A stretch of DNA of 64,000 nucleotides from an uncultured virus (IMG/VR IMGVR_UViG_3300025723_000028) (Duplodnaviria > Heunggongvirae > Uroviricota > Caudoviricetes), in IMG/VR virus record IMGVR_UViG_3300025723_000028; one strand, given 5' to 3'. Position numbers and translations under genes: made by a program. The notes under the pieces were generated by a model. It worked only from the letters and a program-made list of their open reading frames with translations, did no database searches and was not told the origin of the DNA. Below are positions 45,857 to 58,300 of the stretch, one piece after another. How positions within the stretch are numbered: position 1 is the first letter of the stretch; each line of letters opens with the position of its first letter.

Positions 45857-46161
45857 CTTTTCTTAATGAGTTCTTCGTATTCTTCTAACCAATCCCGCAT
45901 TGTATCATGCCAGAGATCCGTTGCTAGACTTTTTACTGGATATACATCGATCCTCACTGGGTTTCCATATAAATCTACTAGAACAAGTTCTGATTTATTC
46001 GAAAAACTCGTAAGAGTATTGATGAGTTCCGGGCCAGCACGAAACATTCCGTCATTATAAGTAAAGATTAATTTTGCTTCGTATTTTTCTTTAAGTGTGC
46101 GTTTTGCTGCCGCGTGTTCGAATCGTGCTCGTGAGTGCGAAACTAATTTATCAGTATCCAT
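45853..46161 (-). CDS. hypothetical protein
   Basis: Coupled ORF. Confidence 0.65.
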   Translation of the reverse strand: MDTDKLVSHSRARFEHAAAKRTLKEKYEAKLIFTYNDGMFRAGPELINTLTSFSNKSELVLVDLYGNPVRIDVYPVKSLATDLWHDTMRDWLEEYEELIKKR

Positions 46162-46227
46162 GATTTTATTTTACAGTAGTATAGTAACAATGTCAAGGGC
46201 ATAATGCCCTTTTGACAAAATATTATA

Positions 46228-47184
46228 TTAAACTACCGTAGATGATATAGTCGGGGAACCCCAGGAATTTGAAATATAAGTTGTTTCTGGGGAAAAGTAA
46301 GTAACTAGTGTAGTTGGTGCAGTGCCAAATATAATACCACTAGTTGGAGTACCACCTGATATAACTGATCCGTATAAATCACCATTATCGTACCAAGTAG
46401 TGTTTATAGTTATAGTCGAACCATTTAATGAAGCTTGGACTAGTACATAATTGCTGGAATAAGCATATACCCCACCATCAAATTGCTTATAAATGGCAGT
46501 TGGGGTTGATGATAGTTGTTGAAACCCTATACCAGTTGCTAAAATTGTAGGTGCACCTGATCCACCAATCTTAGTTGTGCCCGTATATGTATACCCACTA
46601 ATTGTCTTACTAGCACCAGTGCTGGACAAATAAATTGCACCGCAAATACCATTAACAAAATTATTCCACATATTATCTGAAGAATTACCTGTACTGGTTT
46701 TACTAAACTGAATTTTAAGCAATCCGCCAGAATTGAAGAAATAATTAGCGGCTGCAACACTGGCAAAACTTATAGTACTTGAATAATTGATTGACCAAGA
46801 CGATGTACCCGCGCCGGTAGTCGAAGTTTTACTAACTGCACCTGTCCAATTTGTAAATTGTGAACCTAATGTACTTGCATTATGTAAATTATTATAACAA
46901 TTTGTAATGTCAGTGCCTAAGTTACTCAATACTGAAACAACACCGCCTGTAGTAGGGTTAGTTCTTGCTGTAATAGATGTACCCTGGTGTGCTGCCATTG
47001 AACTTATCGTTGAATTTAGCGAGGCCCATTGTGCAGCAGTTACAGTTGTGCCCGTTGATACTGTGGGTAATAAAGTCTGTCCGTAGGCAGTATTCCAAGT
47101 AGCATTGATATTTCCGCCAGGCGTAGTTGAAACAAATCCATTATAATCTGTAGCTTGTACTATACCTCCAGTAGAGTATGTCAT
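46228..47184 (-). CDS. virion structural protein (tail-associated)
   Basis: Thr/Ser/Gly-rich; structural gene block. Confidence 0.6.
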   Translation of the reverse strand: MTYSTGGIVQATDYNGFVSTTPGGNINATWNTAYGQTLLPTVSTGTTVTAAQWASLNSTISSMAAHQGTSITARTNPTTGGVVSVLSNLGTDITNCYNNLHNASTLGSQFTNWTGAVSKTSTTGAGTSSWSINYSSTISFASVAAANYFFNSGGLLKIQFSKTSTGNSSDNMWNNFVNGICGAIYLSSTGASKTISGYTYTGTTKIGGSGAPTILATGIGFQQLSSTPTAIYKQFDGGVYAYSSNYVLVQASLNGSTITINTTWYDNGDLYGSVISGGTPTSGIIFGTAPTTLVTYFSPETTYISNSWGSPTISSTVV

Positions 47185-47204
47185 TGGTGGTGTTCCGTTA
47201 TAAT

Positions 47205-48497
47205 TTATTTAATAGTAACAATAGCTTCGACTATTCCTACTTCAGAATCTAATTTTTCAGTCAGTGAACGACCAATAACATTAAATGCTGTAGCTTCTCC
47301 AGTCTGTGCAGCTCTTGCCATACCATTACCAGCAGAAACTAAGCGATCGCCACGACGAACAATACCTGTAACTTGTACTGGAACACGTCCTGTCATAGCA
47401 ACAGGAGGATGTGTTACGTTATTGCCTGCTCCATTATTCATTAAATATGCAGCATTAGTGCTTATCACGCCAAATACTGATTCACTTAACTCAGTATTTG
47501 ATATAGTAATTTCGTTAATACCCCCTAACTCAACAACAGTACCGGGAGCATATTCTGCATCAGCAGCAAAGCGTTCGGCTACGTCTGCATAATTAGCAGT
47601 AATACCATATGCACCACTGACAATGCCTGTTGCCCCGTTAATTGTCATTGCAGTTACAGGGGTACCAGATTTATTAATAATAAAATTAACATTTCCATTT
47701 GGATCATGGTTAGTTAAATTTACATCAGCACCTGAGACACCGACTGTAAAATCAGCATTTGTACCAACTGATAATCCAGTATTATTAATTACACTCAATG
47801 TACCTGTTGTCGATGTATTTGATCCTGATGTCATAAATCCGGATGCAGCAACACCGCCCAATGCTTGAGAATTAGTAGCGGTACCTTGAAACAATGGCAC
47901 CTGACTTGGATTTCCAACTGATGTAGCTAGTGTGATTCCTGGACGAATTGTAGTAAACCCTGAAACTACAGTTTGTGGAGTAAATGCTGCATCCTCAGAA
48001 ATAAACCCAACTATTGTATTATTTACATATAATTCAACAACGATATGGGAAGAACCAGTATTATCGAGAATTACGGCCGGAACAGCACCAGTTGTGCCAG
48101 TTGCAGCACTGTAAACTGGACCAACTAATAACCAATTTGAACCAGTCCATACACTTACTTGTTGATTAGTAGTGCTGTACCACAAATCGCCTATTGCGTT
48201 GTTTGTAGGGGCTACTGATGTAGCTTGTGCGCTACATAAAGTTTTAAATCCCACCCCATTGTATACTTGTAACACGCCAGTTGTTGTGTTAAACCAAAGT
48301 TGACCCGTCAATGGAGCACTAGGAGCAGTACTATTAGCAGCATTTTCTAGTAAATGAACAAAATTATCATCTAAAAATTGACCGTATCCGGGATAATTTT
48401 TACCTACTAACACTTGCGAACAAGCAGTAGTATTGACGGTACCGTCAGGAACTGTAACTAGTAAATTACCGTTCGTTAAATTAATTGTATATGACAT
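47205..48497 (-). CDS. tail fibre-like protein with C-terminal autoproteolytic chaperone-like domain
   Basis: GQLWFN repeats; YADVAERF...GTVV...GVIST...VAMTGRVPV. Confidence 0.7.
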   Translation of the reverse strand: MSYTINLTNGNLLVTVPDGTVNTTACSQVLVGKNYPGYGQFLDDNFVHLLENAANSTAPSAPLTGQLWFNTTTGVLQVYNGVGFKTLCSAQATSVAPTNNAIGDLWYSTTNQQVSVWTGSNWLLVGPVYSAATGTTGAVPAVILDNTGSSHIVVELYVNNTIVGFISEDAAFTPQTVVSGFTTIRPGITLATSVGNPSQVPLFQGTATNSQALGGVAASGFMTSGSNTSTTGTLSVINNTGLSVGTNADFTVGVSGADVNLTNHDPNGNVNFIINKSGTPVTAMTINGATGIVSGAYGITANYADVAERFAADAEYAPGTVVELGGINEITISNTELSESVFGVISTNAAYLMNNGAGNNVTHPPVAMTGRVPVQVTGIVRRGDRLVSAGNGMARAAQTGEATAFNVIGRSLTEKLDSEVGIVEAIVTIK

Positions 48498-48545
48498 TTA
48501 GGTTACTCCATCCTTTTATTATTTATTGCCGTTTAATATATGTAT

Positions 48546-49151
48546 TTATGCAGCACTTAAATTAGTAAGAGTCTGTATTCTCAAAGTGTAATCTATTTGA
48601 ATTTGTCGATTCAAACTTTTTTGAACTGGATGAAAAATAACATGTGTAATTAAAAATAGATTAGACGCAGATCCATTCCAACACTGTAATCCTAATTCAT
48701 CAAATACATACTCGCCATTAAAATTGGTACTATTATCAAATGCTTGTTGTCCTGCTGGTTGTCCATAATCTAGCAAACAAGATACCAATATATCTGTATA
48801 TGGATTGCCTGATGTGTGCAGCACCGTCATATTATTATTAGCAGGATCTAAATTACTAGCTGAATTTTGATCCACTATCTGCGCATACGTTTCGTTATAT
48901 AAACTAGCATTTTGACCTACAACATTCGGTGGCAAATAAGTAATGACACCAGTGGGATCTACTGCTGATCCGCCGTTACCAAAAGCCATAGTATAAATCC
49001 AGCCCTTACCTTGATCAGCAAGTGTATTTGCCATAGCAATTGAAATATTTTCATAATTAACTGCGTTCTTTTTATCTATCAAAATTTCACCAGTATTTGG
49101 ATCAGTAATTTTGATAAACCCTTCTATTTTTGCTAAACCTGGTTGTATCAT
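48546..49151 (-). CDS. virion structural protein (baseplate/tail-associated)
   Basis: MAFGNGG...FDELGL...HPVQKSLNR; structural context. Confidence 0.6.
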   Translation of the reverse strand: MIQPGLAKIEGFIKITDPNTGEILIDKKNAVNYENISIAMANTLADQGKGWIYTMAFGNGGSAVDPTGVITYLPPNVVGQNASLYNETYAQIVDQNSASNLDPANNNMTVLHTSGNPYTDILVSCLLDYGQPAGQQAFDNSTNFNGEYVFDELGLQCWNGSASNLFLITHVIFHPVQKSLNRQIQIDYTLRIQTLTNLSAA

Positions 49152-49285
49152 GCTTTTTGCTCCACAAATACCTTGCGTGTTTTTGGATCGGAAATCTTTA
49201 AAAAAGACTCAAAAGATACAGTTCCAGTATCATTAGGAGTTTTTTCGGGTTTAGATTGCGATTGAGTAGTGTTATTATTTTCCAT
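49148..49285 (-). CDS. 45-aa protein resembling the N-terminus of the next gene
   Basis: FFKISDPKTRKVFVEQK vs FIKITDPNTGEILIDKK; TAAATA upstream. Confidence 0.55.
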   Translation of the reverse strand: MENNNTTQSQSKPEKTPNDTGTVSFESFLKISDPKTRKVFVEQKA

Positions 49286-49332
49286 TGTTCTTTATTTATT
49301 GTAATTTATACCTATACTAAACCTTACAGATA

Positions 49333-52300
49333 TTAATTAACTCCCCTTAAAAAGAGCGCCGATGAAGTTGTAGTATCTTGCAATGGGGTGCCATTCGATG
49401 CTGTTTGTGGGCTCGTACCTTGAGCATACCATGTTACGCCACGACGTACTAAAATAGTTACTTCTTCTCCGACAGCTGGGGCAGTTATAAATGTCACTGA
49501 AACTGGTGTTTCATTAGTTATAGTGTACCCAGTGGTTTGCAATATACCACCGAGATATACTTCTACTTGTCTATTTAAAGATTGCCAATAAGTTGTATTA
49601 GTAATAGCAGTATTATTAGGAACCGTAATAATCGCACGGTAGTAAAATCCATTATCAACTACTACTGTGCCTTCTGTATAACTATTTGCTGCTACCCATG
49701 TGATTGCATCGGTAAATGCTAATGAAATATCTACTGCTTCAAATACTGTAGTTACTCCATTTCCTATCATTCTATCACTAACGATATAGTTTTGAGATGC
49801 AGCAGGCAGTAAATTGCTTCTACCCATGTCATAAACAGTCGACCCTATTGTATGCGATGCCGCTGCGGTGCCAGCTGTGCCACGTAATAAACTACTGACC
49901 GTATTAGCTACCATATCAATTTCACGATACATAATGCGTTCGCCATTTATAGTTATAATTCCCCATGTATTGGTAGAAAAATTAGGAATTGTTAATGCAC
50001 TAGCATTAGCTACATGTATAATATCATCAGTTTGTGCTAAATTTTGAGTCAATAATGTAGTAGAGTCTATGGTCATACGATAAGTTGCTTGAACCCCGCG
50101 CATATCCTGGAATATTCTAAATTCCATAGCTTCAGGTACCACTGAACAAGTAACATTCGTCACTACCACAACATCAGTTGTCTGTATTGTGCCACTATTT
50201 AAACTCAATACATTTCCATTAATTGTATAATCAATATTTGGAGATAATACTTTTCCATTTTTAGAAACCCATGGGCGTGAAATATCTGTATAAGATTGAT
50301 ATAATACAAAATTATTGATGTAAATTGTTTCTCCTACGGTAGCATCAAATTCACCTGGTAATGATGATGCAGCGCCAGGCGGATTATCGAAGTCTGTTGT
50401 ATCAAACGCTTCATAAACTGATATTCCTTCACTATCTGGCCCGACAAAAATTTGCGTTGACAGTCTTTGTTCTCGTGTATCATTAAATGATGTAATCGAA
50501 ATAATTTGACCAACTTGCGGAACGAGTCCTTTGCCTGTTATAAAGGTTAAAGTATGTGCTATAGGATCAATTATATACTGCGCTGTCGCATTTACTGCAA
50601 TATAAATTTGTGCATTATCTGCAGGTGTGTTAGTCAGTATTACAAATACAGTATCAATATTTGGATCAAACGGTACAGTTGAATAATAATCTGCTTTCAT
50701 ATTTCCACTAAATCCAGTATATATCGATATGTCATATAATGCAGGATCTAATAATATACCGTCAACATAAACACTTACCATAGATTTAGTTATTGCTGCT
50801 GAATTGATTCCTATTCTCGATGGTAATGGGAATCCAGTATTTCCATTTTGTACTATGTAGCTGGCCCCAGCAGAACCTTGTGCAACAACCCCGCCCACTG
50901 TTACAATTGCAACCACTGGATTAGTATATTCTAAACTAAATGCTGGATCCAGATCAAATACAGTTTGTCCTGGTGTTGCTACACTAAAACTCTGAGTCAC
51001 AGGTAAACTCCAACTGTAATTTGTAGTTACATTTTGAATTGTAGTAGGTTGAATTACTACTAAACTTATAAAATCAGTTGAATTATATACATTAGTAAAT
51101 GTTACTTGTGTCGAGGACAATGAATAAGGAGCGTAGGAATAATTTGAATTAGCCAAATATACGCCATTAACAAAAATAACAAATTCTTGTATTGCTGGTG
51201 TAATACCATCATTTTGGTAGTATGCTACAGGAACTATCAATGAATTTCCTACTTGACTGCCATTATAAGTATTTTTATATACTTGATTGCCGCCACCCAA
51301 TTCATACACATAAATTGCAATTTGATCACCTTGTGCAACCAAAATAGATGTATTTAAAATTGTAACTGTTTGGACAGTCCAATCTATTGTATAATCAACT
51401 CCTAGAGTTAAATCATACCCTTGAGTTACATCAGTAACTTCCACGATAAATGGATATGGTAATGCACCTGCAAAACTAATAGTTGCATTGCTGCTTTCAT
51501 AAATGAATTGTATTACTGCTTGCGGAAAGCTGTGTCCTAACCCTTGCCAATCAGCCCCAGGAGTCGTATAAACTCGCATGTCTAATGTATCAAATTCAAT
51601 TCCTGGCACTAATTCTTCTGGTGCATGACTTTCGTATACATCTACATACTTACCACCATCGATATTGATATCAGTAGGGCGTGTTCCAAGGTACGGATCT
51701 AAATAACTGCTTGCAAAAATTGTGTCCAATACCCCTATGTCATATGTTGGTAATCCATTTGCATCATAAGATATGTTATCAAAAGGATTAATATCAAAAT
51801 TATCTCGGGCATATCCAGTGTCTTGGCTGAAATTTAATCCAGAAACTTGTACTCCAGGATAGTCAACACCATCTATAAGCAATGGTAAAGATAATCCAGG
51901 AGAATTTACGGTGCTGACATAATAGCCCATAGTACGGTTAACACCGCTTAATTCACTGGCTGAAACCATTGTCCATTGCGACGGGTCAAATACTGAATTA
52001 GATTCCGTATTATTAGAGCTCCAAACTATATTGTCGTATCGTACCTGAGTCCCAGTTTCATAAGTTATATTTGATTCCCAGTCAACGATTGTTGATTCAT
52101 ATTCATAGCGATCATATTTTAATGTAAGATTAAATGTACGAGATAATGTATGTCCAGACGGATTGCCCATTATTACACTGGCCTGAGCTGGTTGACCAAC
52201 AAACAATAATGATGCTGTACCGTTAATTTGATCGTTGTGTCCAATTGGAGCAACATTTCCTAATATTCCTGCTTCGGCAACTTCAAATATATTGCCGTTC

Positions 52301-55300
52301 GGAGCAATAATATAACTATTCGAAACTACTGCCAACCCTGCACTCCATTCAATAGTAACTCCAGGTAATCCACCACCTGTGATATTTATAAATGCATCTG
52401 TAATATAGCCACTACCTGGATTAGTTATTGTAATCGAAATAATATTTCCAGTCGTATTAATTATACTGGTTCCAGTAGCAGGGTATCCAGCATACATTAA
52501 CGTAGCACTACCATCAATCGCTGAACCAGACATGAATGTAGGAGGAGTAGACCCTGATGTACCCGGAACTGTAATGGTATATAAGTTATTTGCATAATAT
52601 ACTTGTTGTCCAATACTATAAGCGGTGTTTGGATACCACATCGTACCGAATGTTATAATAGGAGCATTTCTATATCCTGTTCCTGCATTAGTAATATTGA
52701 CACCTTGCACGTTCAACAGATAATTATTAAACCATTGACTATATAAACTTGGATATTGCCAAATTTGTGCATTAGGCGCAGTATTGCTTACTAAAGAATT
52801 ATGAGGGGTTATAGCTTGATTGTACGGAGTCAATATAGGGCTTACAAATTGTGGACTTTTCAGCAATGAATTCCAATATGCAGGTAAGTCAAAATCAGTT
52901 AAATCTCCTAAGAAATTATCCTCTCCGCTATAAGTTAAATTAAACTGTCGCACCTGAACATGATAAGGTTTAACTTCTTGGAAATAATTTACTACAAAAT
53001 CTTGATTATCTGAAAGATAAGTTTGATAAGGTAATAATGAACGAATCTTATGATTGACATCGACATAACTTGTTTTAATTAACCAAGATGGATCAGTAAA
53101 CTCACTGTATACAAAATTAAACATTAATATTAAACTACTATTACGTTCAATTAGTAAATCTTCAATATAGATTTCCTCATTCAACGCACGTATAATATAA
53201 CGGGTTTCAATCTGTGCAGTTTCATCAAAATATTGTGAATCATAAGTTTGTGCATCAAACCCAAAATCAGCAACTGCGTAATTCCATAATTCTTCTTTAA
53301 AGGCTATAGTGCCATCTTCTAACCCGACACGTTGCCAGTCACTGACAGGATTAACACCTGTACGTAAATAAATTTCCCATTTGCCCGAACCATTAGAAAT
53401 AACACGCACAGACGACCCTACTGGTGCTGTTGTATAACTTAATGTTGCCAATTGCCCATAATTTTGAACCGCAGCAACTGGTGCAATAGTCGAATTATAT
53501 CCTGGTAAATACCAATTGACATAATACCAATATAATGGAGTATCATAACTTTGTACTTGTGTTAACAACAATGTTCGAGTAGCACTAACCGTATAAATTG
53601 TCCATCGGCCGTTTTCGGTACTATCATTTAATACAAGATACTTGTATCCAACTGGAACTACATACAGATCTTGATAGCCTAAAACTTCTAAGTTAGGTAC
53701 TTCAAAATTCCATGCTCCAGATCCAGCAGAAGGAATCGGATCTGCTGCATTCAATAAATTAAAACTACGTGTTTCGGAAATAGGATACTGCAATAAAACT
53801 GAATTTGCTCTACCTAAATAATTTTCTAATGCAGTAAATCTATCTGCAAACATTGACTGTCTGGGACGGAACTGTACACCAAAACGCATACCTGGACTTA
53901 AAGTTGGATCTGGTACTGCATTACCTGCTGTATCAATACCACATAAACTATCTATAAACTTTCGATATAACTGAGTATTAAGGAATGATTTTGCAATGCC
54001 ATCTGTAACTATTTGATATTCTTGATGTACTACAGAATCTGTTAATTTTCTTGAAAAACTAACATTCAATATAGTATTAGTAGCATTTAACAAACGCTGT
54101 GCATTATAAATCGCAATCGTTGATGCATTTAATCCAGCAATGAAAGGTAATCCACTGCTACGAGGATCAAAAATATAGCTGGCAACTCCTGCTGCACTTA
54201 ATGTTTTTCCGGAACCTGAAGCAATTGTTGTAATTCCCTTGACCCAAAAATAATAAATTGTTGTAAAAATATTATTTGATCCCAATGATGTTGCTACACA
54301 ATAACTAGTAGGACTCAATGGTGTGCCTGATCCAGTGTAGTTAGATGGTGGGGTAGTACTTGATATCCATTGGTAAACATCAATACTACTGCCTGGGAAA
54401 GTCGTACCCCAACGACGACTAGCATATACTATGTCATCTTGACTAGGATCGATGAATCTTACTGTATCAGTATCCCACCACATTTCACCGATGTGTTCTG
54501 CGCCCCAGAATTGACCATTATTATGAACTGTACCCTGATTATATTGTGCTGGGTCAACTGATCCAATATAATCAATGTTACTACGAGCAATTCCAAGTAT
54601 TTTACCTTGTAATGGATCAAAGAAGTCGAAGTATGTTTGATACGCACCATTTAACGTATCGTTAACTCCAATAGCTTGTCCACCATTGTAACTAAACACT
54701 CCATCGATCGCATGTACATCTACAACTGGTTGTTGTACACGTATAGGCGCCCATGCAGGAGTATTGTTTGGATTATTAAAAATTACTATATATCCATTAC
54801 CATTAGTAGAAGTATTTGTTCCGCCTGGAGCGCCTACCATTAATCTACCATTTGTATAATTTACTGCGGTGCCAAAGAAATTACCAGATTCAATGACATT
54901 ATTGTAAATTTGTTGCCCAAATGCAAATTGTCCAGGATTTTTGATATTATTTGTACTACTTGGGAAGAAATCATATGTATATGCCACCCCTCCGTTGTTA
55001 ATCGGATTATAAAAAGTGGTACTATTTTCATCAAAGTAAGTTTGATTAGCATCAAAAGTTGTTGGCTCGTAAACGTTTCCATTTGGTGCACCAACAATTA
55101 AATTAACTGCGCTAGAATCAATACTTAGACTTGCACCAAATTGAGCATTGAATGCTGGAGATGGGCTTAAAATTTGCTGAGTAAAGACTAAAGTATCAAA
55201 TCCCAATTGACCAAATACCGATGTTACTGTCCCAGGAAGTACTGTAATTAAATTGTTTGGTGTTCCTGCTTTGGAGTTTTTAATAGATAATGTTAATCTT

Positions 55301-58300
55301 CCAGAAACAACAATTATTTTTACACCAGGTAAAGGTGCAAATACAAAATTAATAGTTTCCGCAGAAGGATCATAGGAGTAATCTATCCCAGCAATTTGCA
55401 ACACATTATTCAAATAGACAACAGTAGTATATGAACTAGCAACCGTATATAAAGATCCAATATAAAAAACTTTAGTTGTACTATCGCCTGTAAATGTTAA
55501 ATCTGGAGTAGTTGATGCTATTACATTCGGTATAGCCATTTCATTGATTGCTTTCGCAAAACCTGCTACTGTATTGTTAGGTTGCGCTGGCACAGTTACT
55601 ATTGAATTATTAATACGCAATGTACCAGAAGGAGTTAGAACAGGATTAGCTATTGTAGATGTGGTAACCCCGTATACCCTCGATTGATTAACTTGGTGAT
55701 CAACTGACCCAGCTAAATCAATATAAGTGCTATCGTATGGTGCACCGATATAAAGACTGCAATTCAATGGACATGAATCAAGTACTAGCCCGTATTCTGC
55801 TGATTTTACTGGTGTGCTACTTGATAATTCTTGAATTTGTGTAATTTGATTAGTACCAATTTCAATTATATCTCCGTAATTAAACGTTATATTAGAAAAT
55901 ATGATATTATTTCCGCTTATACTATATTGTCCTTCGATTGACTGGCTAGTAGTTAATAAAAATGTTTCGTTGACGCTTACTGTCACAGGATTTGTAACAT
56001 TACCAGGTATTGTATATGTTAGTTGAGAAGGATTCGAAACTATATAACGAATTACGCTTCTGTCAAACATATACACTACCCCGGAATTATTTAAATTATC
56101 ACGTGTAGTATTAGGTGCTCCTACGTATATTTGTGCTCCATCCGTTGTTGTTGCAACTGATGATCCGAAATTATCTCCGGATATCGAATCTGTAGACGTA
56201 ATAGTAGTAACATATTGCCAATATGTCGGTGTTGTTACTATAATATCTGCTCCAACTGGCGGAATAGTAATAAATGTCAACTCAGTAGTTTCATTATTAA
56301 ATGTATAATCAAAATAGGGACGTTGTATTACTTTATTTACAGTCACTGCAAAAGTTTCGATAGTGGTTGCATTATACAAATATGTGTTTAATGCAAAGGT
56401 ATTAGTTTGATTTATACCAATACCAGTATACGTATACCCGCTTATTGCACCGCCTACTGCAATTCCAGTAACAGTTATTGTTAAATCATTGGCAGTAGTA
56501 GTTCCTCCTAATCTTGATCCAGAAATAACTAACGTATCATTAATAGCATAAGACTGTCCGCCAGTTATTAGATTTATTACATATTCGCCGCGTACATTTT
56601 GAATTGTAAAAATTGAATTATATCCAGCGCCTGAGGTTGAACTTTGTCTCAGATTGTAATAAGTCGTAGCATCTAATTGTTTACTCAAATTGCGAGTCAA
56701 CGTAAGTGTTTGTCCTGACACTGTTGGGTGAACTAATGTTACAAAATTTTGATCTACAGTATAATCTTTTCCGTAAACTAACTCAATTCCACTTAATGCA
56801 ACTGATAATTGTTCAGGATGCAAGTAATTAATCTGTATTGCGTTTGAATATTCGTAACTAGTTACACTATAGTTTGTAGTATATGTAATAGTTTGATTTA
56901 CTACATCTATTTTTTCATAGGCATAAACTGAATTAGCTGCCGGTGCTCCGATATACATCCATTTTTCGTCTGCACTAATTACTCCCGATGTTCCAAATTT
57001 AATAGGATTAAAATTTTGTGTCGGCGGAACTAATAATTGAGTAATAGTGAAGGAATTTACATCTGAATTTCTATAAATTACTACAGCATAGCCCATGTTT
57101 GATGCACTGGTATTAGCTCCTGCTATAGCCCAATTAGAACTACCAAAGGATACCATATTACCAAAATTACTTGAATCAATAGTTTCCAGTATTAATGTGC
57201 TGTTAAATTGATAGTCAGTAAAATTTCCTCTAATATAAGTCAGTATAGAATTGGCTCCAGGTGCACCTACCATAGCGCCAAAGTTAGATGCTGATTGTGT
57301 TATACTTACACCATATCGATCACTAGGAGTAAATCCCGTGGAAATAACAGAATCGGTAATAAATGGAGTTTGTTTTTGTACAGTTTCCCAATGTCCACTG
57401 CCGTTATTATCTATCCAAGCAATCGAACCCGGTACTAAATTATTAACATAAGGTAAGTTTGAAATGTCACTAGCTTGTGATACTCGAGCACTTTGTAAAT
57501 GAAAGACTAACCCAGTACCTGTTATATTAGTTACATTTGTGTTTACGAAACTAAAGGCGATAATAACGGTAGTTGGAGTTGGTGCTGCTAAAACACGATA
57601 AACCCCGTTAACCCCATTATTAAAATATTTAATAATAATTAAATCATATAATGATAACCCATGTGCCGCGTTAAATTGTACAACACTAGTACCATTGAGA
57701 TTATCAGTTAACCGTATCATTTGCCCTGGCACACTGGCTACACGATATACACCCCAGTCATGCGTGTTGGTTTTAGCAATCCAGATATAAGTGCCAATTC
57801 CAATATTGTTGATATCAGCTTCAATTGCCGCAGGATCTTCAATACTGAATACCGTAACATCAACATCATCTAAACATACATAACCTGCAGACGGTAATGC
57901 ATCTGGCAAACTACCTGATTCATATATAGTAGGAAGAATGTTAATATTATTAATAGAATAACTTTCTTTCCATAAATTGCTCAAATAAACCTGCTGATTA
58001 GCTTGACTTACATCGCCTGGGTTTGTAATTTGTATAGTTGACGGATTGTAAGATAATAGAGCTTCGTTTAATTGAATTTCAAAGTAACTCTTATTAGCAT
58101 TTGCCCCGTACACTCCGGATAATATGCCCCAGTTTTCATAGATATTATAATCGCCGCTTTCTTTGCCGTTAAGTTTTGCTAAGTTGAATATTTCAGCAGC
58201 TTGTAATGTACCTTTGGTACCAATAAATTGTTGATATAACTGAACTTGTGTTACACCATTAAGATTCATGTCTGTCATATATGGACGAGGACGGAATCCA

